64,000 bases of DNA, from NCBI GenBank assembly GCA_001600815.1, contig BCKZ01000006.1, positions 62,001 to 126,000 of the forward strand, written 5' to 3'. The stretch comes from Alloascoidea hylecoeti. Lineage: Eukaryota. The notes beneath the pieces are model-generated. The model was not told the origin of the DNA, searched no databases, and saw only the letters and a list, made by a program, of their open reading frames with translations. Positions 58,226-64,000 of this stretch are shown here, one piece after another. Every line of letters begins with the position of its first letter. Position 1 is the first letter of the stretch. The translations under genes were made by a program, and so were the position numbers.

Positions 58226-59570
58226 GTTTTGAGAAAATCCTCCTCGTACCCATACACACACAATGATTGATTAACAAATAAGAACCTCTACCCACCTTGA
58301 TGATAATAAAATATATAAATGAAAAAAAGGAAAAAAGAAAGATATATAATATAATATATTTATAAGGGCTTCACTGTTTGGAATTACATTACGAAGTTTT
58401 GTCATTTACTGAGATAATTTTACTATTAATTATGTTTATTATTCGGTTTCTTTTATGATACTGAACCTCAAATTGTATTGATTATTTCTCAATTGTTAAC
58501 CCTTTTTTATTGCTATTATTATTATTACCATTATTATCTCGTTTTTTTAGCTTATAGTATTATTAAAATCAAATTCATCTTGACATGACACATTGTCGAA
58601 ATTTAAATTATTCCAACTGTATGACTAGTAAATTATGATCTATACGTAAGAATGCGAGGATATATGTAAAGATTATAAGAAACTAAAGTGCGGAGTTTGA
58701 ATTAAATGAAAGCAAAGATAGAGGCTTAAGTATAATGATATCGAAATTCTTGGATTGGTTAACCAGTTTCAATAATCCTGGTTCTTACAATGCTAGTTTC
58801 TAAACTATGTGTAATACCATTATAGATGAAAATACTCTTGACGGGATGTTTTCCTTCTGAACTGTGTTGTATTAAACTGTAATTGATGTTCAAAATTATC
58901 AAGGCTCGGTTTCCAAATATCAATAATCAACCTCAGAACACACAATATAATCATTGTATAAGGCGACATCATTTACAAATAGCTAATTATCTAGTTGTGT
59001 TGGTATTTACAAACGATGTATTGGTTTAAAATCTGATAATTTCTAAATTATACAAGAACCATCAGATGAATCTGATACCAAGATTTATCATTAATATACA
59101 TCTATATATATATATCTATATCTGCCGCCATTTTAATGAATTCATTTCTAAATCTCTAAAGTAAGAGGAAGCCTAATTTAAATAGATATTTAATATAAGT
59201 TATATTATACTCAACTAGTTTGTGTTTTAGATTTCTTTTCATACTTTATTAATGCATAAGTATAGAAACTCATTGATATGTGGGGGCCGAACACTAGTGT
59301 ACCGTGTGGCGGAATATTTAGTCAAAAAATGTCGAATATTTGCTACATCATGAAGCCGAATATTAAATATGTGGCCTAAATTAAGTTAATTGACTTTGCA
59401 TGTAGATCACGTGCATCGAATACTGTTACTTGGGAGATACCAATTATAACATTTTTAAACATCCAAATTTTCTTCTTTTCTTCCTCCTTTTCCTTTCTGC
59501 TCTCTGCATAATTTTAAACCAATTATATATTCTGTTCAAAGTGGGATCTCAATAAAAGGAAAACCATACA

Positions 59571-60857
59571 ATGTCTGAAGAACTTCAACTTTCTAGTCTT
59601 GACCCCCTTGGCACATATAACCTAAAACTTAATCCTTATGAAGTTAAAAAAGCCATTGATGACGACTTCTCCATATCTATTAAAATCTCTCTGGCGGCTA
59701 TAGATTTAGATAATGCCATTGATGATGAAAATTCTTCTTCTACTTTGAGAATTATAAAGAGAAGTCTGCCTGTCTTAGAATACGAAAATGAAAATGAAGA
59801 TGAGAATGATAGTGATGAAACTAGTGATGAGGAAGAAAGATCTACTAATAAAAAGAAAGAGAAGTCATCAACATCGAAGAAATATGATGAAAGTGATGAA
59901 GAGTCAAGAAGCAATAATGACAGTGATGATAATGATGATAAGAAAGAGCTTAGTGATTTGTTGGATGATGATGTTTCTAGCTTTGTTATCTGTACATTGA
60001 ATCCCAAGATTCAATTTCAGCAAGCCTTGGAATTATTCATCAATCCCAGAGAAAATATTAGTTTTATTGTTACTGGATCATACCCTATTCATCTGAGTGG
60101 TAATTATATTCATCATCCGTTTGATGATGCGTCTTCTGACGATGAGCTTTATGAGAGCTCTGATGAGGAAGATGATCTAGCTGATGAAAATTTACATAAA
60201 ATCCAAGAGATTGTTGAAGATGATGTCGATAAAGATGGAGAGATTACGAAAGGAGGGAATAATGAAAAAGAGGCAAAAGAGGAAAAAGAAACAAAAAAAG
60301 CAAAATCTGAAAAGAAATTAAAAAAAGAGTCAAAGAAAAAGGCCAAAGAAGAAAATGGTAAGAAAAAGGAAGGCGAATCTAAAAGAAAAGTTCTTCATGA
60401 TAATGATATTGATGTTGAGGATGAAAAGTCATCTAAAAAGTCCAAAAAAGAGAAGCATGATAAAAAGGAAAAGAAAATTAAATTTAGTGAAGAATTGGAA
60501 CAAGGACCCACTAAAAAGTCATCTCCTAAAACAATACAAGGAGGTGTTATAATTGATGACAGAAAAATTGGGGAAGGTGCAATTGCCAAAAAAGGAGATA
60601 AAATTGGTGTAAGATATATCGGACAAATAAAAGATGGGAAGGTGTTTGATTCGAATACAAAGGGAAAACCATTTTATTTCCACCTCGGTAAAGGAGAGGT
60701 TATAAAAGGTTGGGATGTTGGCGTTGCTGGTATGAAAATTAAAGGTGAAAGACGTATTGTCATTCCATCTTCAATGGCATATGGAAAAAAGGCACTTCCA
60801 GGAATTCCTGCAAATAGCGAGTTAATTTTTGATGTTAAATTGGTTGCTATTAAATAG
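59571..60857 (+). CDS. Nucleoplasmin-like FK506-binding prolyl isomerase, Fpr3/Fpr4 family
   Basis: NPL domain ([27 protein letters not shown]), acidic/basic tracts, FKBP domain [52 protein letters not shown]. Confidence 0.93.
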   Translation: MSEELQLSSLDPLGTYNLKLNPYEVKKAIDDDFSISIKISLAAIDLDNAIDDENSSSTLRIIKRSLPVLEYENENEDENDSDETSDEEERSTNKKKEKSSTSKKYDESDEESRSNNDSDDNDDKKELSDLLDDDVSSFVICTLNPKIQFQQALELFINPRENISFIVTGSYPIHLSGNYIHHPFDDASSDDELYESSDEEDDLADENLHKIQEIVEDDVDKDGEITKGGNNEKEAKEEKETKKAKSEKKLKKESKKKAKEENGKKKEGESKRKVLHDNDIDVEDEKSSKKSKKEKHDKKEKKIKFSEELEQGPTKKSSPKTIQGGVIIDDRKIGEGAIAKKGDKIGVRYIGQIKDGKVFDSNTKGKPFYFHLGKGEVIKGWDVGVAGMKIKGERRIVIPSSMAYGKKALPGIPANSELIFDVKLVAIK

Positions 60858-61021
60858 GTAATGATTTTGGTTCATGCCGTTTGTGTCCAGTCGGTTATGG
60901 TGCCAATATTTTCATATCAACCTTGAATACATTAATTAAGCATAAAAATCGTAAGCTAGTATTTAATATTCAGTACTATAGCTATATTATAGTTTTAATA
61001 TGTTCATAGTTCTAATTATAA

Positions 61022-63298
61022 TCACCAAGTATCGGGTCCAAACGATTCTCCAGGTTTTAAAATATGTTGAATAGCTTTACCATTTGCTTCCAAAGTGCTT
61101 CCCACAACTGAATTACCCCACCAATTTGGGAAATCCGTACTGGTTAATGATAATGCTAAAAATATCATCATAGAAGCCCAAGCAAGACCTAAATCTAAAC
61201 CTGCCGAAAGCGAATAGTTATATTTTGACCACCAATCAAACCATTTTCTTTTTATAAAGAAACCAAAAACTGTACCAACTATACAATAAGCTCCATAATT
61301 ATATGGTGTTGCTGGTGGAATCATGGCTGTACCATTTAGGAAAACTGGCCAAAAGAATGATTTCAAAAAACAATTTGGATATTTCTTTAAAATAAGCCAC
61401 GAAATAATTGGAAGAACCGCTCCAATTATAAAGAAAAATAGCATTGGATAATATAAATTGCCAGGAGAGAATTGTCTTTGGGGTCCAATAACACCCCAAA
61501 TGATGGAAGCATTAAAAAATACTCTACCATTAGGACAGGTGAAATGTGATTTTTGATCGGGTGAACAAACATTTGGTATATGATTTTGAGTCCATTTCAT
61601 CGCAGCAATTTGAACAATTGCTCCCCAAACAACTGCAATACCTTGTGCCCAAAACAATGTTCTTGGGGCAATCTTCATATAATGACCTAACTTCATATCC
61701 TGTGAAAAAACTGTGCCCTGAAAATTTGTGATATATCCAAAAGTTTTGAAAAACATCATTGCAAATGGCTTACCGGGCATTAAATAACCTGCTATAAATT
61801 CAGTTACTACATTAAGACCAACTTGAATATTTGTTAATGCCATTATAATCCCAATTGGAAATATAAATACCAATGCAATAATTAATGCTATAATTAATGC
61901 CCATACTGGCATTTCTACGTTCCATGCTGTAATCGTTGCTATTGCTAATCCAAAAGAGATTAAAAATATTATCAAAAACCACCAATGGGGAACTTCGGTA
62001 TAGGCAGTCATTAATTTGTTGTGAATATCAGGATTAGTGTTTTTATTTCTGTTTTTCCAACCTAATTCATATATTTCTTTACCGTGAAATAAAGCTGCAT
62101 GCACTATAGTAGCGGTTATAGAAGCGAACGAAAGACCATACGAAAGTGAAAATGTTGTTGAAAGAAACAATGGTGAATAATTTTTATAACCTTCAAGATC
62201 AAACGAAAAATCTTTCGTTAGAATTCGTGAAACATTATAAGTCTTTTGATATCTATCATAAGAACCTGAATCAGAAATTGGTAAATATTCAGAATAAAAT
62301 GTTTTAGAATAATGGATAATTGGTGTTATAATCCAAAAGAAGCAAACCATTGATGTAAAAATTGTTGCAATTGTTGAAATAGGTGGAATTAATGGAGATC
62401 CAACATATCCTGCAACTTGATTCCAGTCAAAAGTAATTGGTAGAATGCCTAAACCAGTTTGAGCTCCAAAAATTTGATTTATAATTACATTATTTGGTTT
62501 AATCCACGTCACAAATGAGAAGTATGATAGAAATTGAGCCATGTAACCTGGTATCCAATACCAAATAAAACTTCCTATACATATATATGTAAAGAATCTT
62601 AGCTTCGAAATGTTCCAACCGTTTGCTGGAGTATTTGAATTCATATGAATGTTTGTTAAAAATGTCGTTGAGACTAAATTTGACGGCCAAATCATTTGCC
62701 CTGGATAAACTAATACAGATCTTGTTAAACCGGCGTACGAATAGCCAATTAACTGAGTTGAAACACAAGCGACCATTCCAAATCCCCATCCAAAATCTAT
62801 ACCATAAAAATTATTCATTGCAATAATGATATCAGTAGCATAAGCAGCACCTCCTCCGAATGAAACATTGGCCATGATTGTGATCAATGTATGTTCCTTA
62901 ACATTAAAAGGTCCTGGATTCAATGGAACACCAAATATCATGTAGTTTGGTAATAAATCCCATAATCTTCCAAGTGGCCAAGCTAAAATTGAAGAAACAA
63001 ATGTTGAAATGTTGAAAGCAGGCGAATGAAAGGAAAAAAAAGTATTCAAAGCTGAACCAACTGTACACATAACCATCCCAAGTACCCACATTCTTATTGT
63101 ATTATGAGGTGTGCTTGGATCATCTGTATTTGGTACCGCTGCCCTAACTTCGGGATAAGCTGAATTCTCATTAACACTTACTATTGATTCTGCTTGAAAG
63201 ACACCATACGCATTAGCTACTGAAGTTATTTTTTCCGGATGTTTTATATCTTCCCAAACGGGTTCTAGTTTTAGAGATGGTATAGAATTTTTGTCCAT
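61022..63298 (-). CDS. Oligopeptide transporter, OPT family
   Basis: SAYPEVRAAVPNTDDP, NPGPFNVKEH, MIWPSNLV, YTEVPHWW, GLNVVTEFI, DMKLGHYMKIAPR, ASIIWGVIGP, WWSKYNY. Confidence 0.95.
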   Translation of the reverse strand: MDKNSIPSLKLEPVWEDIKHPEKITSVANAYGVFQAESIVSVNENSAYPEVRAAVPNTDDPSTPHNTIRMWVLGMVMCTVGSALNTFFSFHSPAFNISTFVSSILAWPLGRLWDLLPNYMIFGVPLNPGPFNVKEHTLITIMANVSFGGGAAYATDIIIAMNNFYGIDFGWGFGMVACVSTQLIGYSYAGLTRSVLVYPGQMIWPSNLVSTTFLTNIHMNSNTPANGWNISKLRFFTYICIGSFIWYWIPGYMAQFLSYFSFVTWIKPNNVIINQIFGAQTGLGILPITFDWNQVAGYVGSPLIPPISTIATIFTSMVCFFWIITPIIHYSKTFYSEYLPISDSGSYDRYQKTYNVSRILTKDFSFDLEGYKNYSPLFLSTTFSLSYGLSFASITATIVHAALFHGKEIYELGWKNRNKNTNPDIHNKLMTAYTEVPHWWFLIIFLISFGLAIATITAWNVEMPVWALIIALIIALVFIFPIGIIMALTNIQVGLNVVTEFIAGYLMPGKPFAMMFFKTFGYITNFQGTVFSQDMKLGHYMKIAPRTLFWAQGIAVVWGAIVQIAAMKWTQNHIPNVCSPDQKSHFTCPNGRVFFNASIIWGVIGPQRQFSPGNLYYPMLFFFIIGAVLPIISWLILKKYPNCFLKSFFWPVFLNGTAMIPPATPYNYGAYCIVGTVFGFFIKRKWFDWWSKYNYSLSAGLDLGLAWASMMIFLALSLTSTDFPNWWGNSVVGSTLEANGKAIQHILKPGESFGPDTW

Positions 63299-64000
63299 CC
63301 TAACTATTTATTTATTTGAAAACTAATGCCATATATCAACTGGGGAACTAAATATATATGTATTTTGGTTATAGTTAATAGTTATACTACATCCTTACAA
63401 GCGTATACTGATCTGTGGGCCATGGATTTTTGAAAGATATCATGAAAAACCTTATATAAATACAAATTAAAAGTGAAAGAGCGAGTTTAATTTAAGCTAT
63501 TTATACATGTCATATACCTAGGTAAATAAAGTGCTTAACTTTCATTTTACATACTTTTTATAAGTAAAGTAATATTTTTACAATACTTCTAGATCTATCA
63601 ATGAAAAAGCTTTGCTGTAGATTGACTTGAGAATCAAGTGTTAAAGATATGTATTGCCATACATTGGATATAAATTCAGTTCAAATATAACCGAGTATGG
63701 TGTTAAAATCATGGGGTCTTGTACCTGGATATATGCATACACGACACCGATATTCTTATATCCCTGCATATATTTAAGTTCCTGCAGCAGTTTATTATGT
63801 GAAATTTTAAAATTTATAAGATATTTGCAATAGAATTTAAGTAAAGTAAAGATAACTGCTGTCTAGAGTTAAATTTAAGTATGTACCTGTTGTAACTTGT
63901 AATTGCAATTATGAAGCGTGTATATTGTTATCCGGCTATCGTGATCAATGCCTTCATATATCCTACAGTTAACGTCCCAATATTAATATGAATATTAGCT

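Overview
AT-rich eukaryotic (fungal) genomic DNA from a budding yeast (Saccharomycotina), probably an early-diverging, intron-rich lineage using the standard code (CUG=Leu). I can support 28 protein-coding genes: SUV3 (partial), gluconokinase, ERG10, PRP39-like, a tandem cNMP-binding/F-box/LRR protein, an ECM27-like Ca2+/cation exchanger, a TLC-domain protein, FMN1, GLE1, MRPL7, SEC26, COG8, VMA6, a DUF3074-like protein, a secreted SurE-family phosphatase, BET5, ENT3, DUS1, a TDA9/RSF2-type zinc-finger factor, a tricalbin, RPL6, an FPR3/4-type FKBP, an OPT transporter and four unassigned ORFs. I reconstructed 13 spliceosomal introns by hand; BET5 is missing from the ORF track. Beyond the gene list: (1) two decayed Tc1/mariner transposase relics in intergenic DNA (about 29.9-30.6 kb and 47.9-48.9 kb; the latter keeps an exact DD34E spacing); (2) sharp GC-rich islands centred on promoters and 5' ends that cut across coding sequence; (3) a candidate cyclic-nucleotide-gated SCF ubiquitin-ligase adaptor with two intact nucleotide-binding cassettes; (4) a possible UUG-initiated mitochondrial presequence on DUS1; (5) a Homol-D box in the RPL6 promoter and Pho4-type sites upstream of the phosphatase. 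I saw no tRNA, rRNA or CRISPR array. All assignments come from motif recognition by eye, with no database search.
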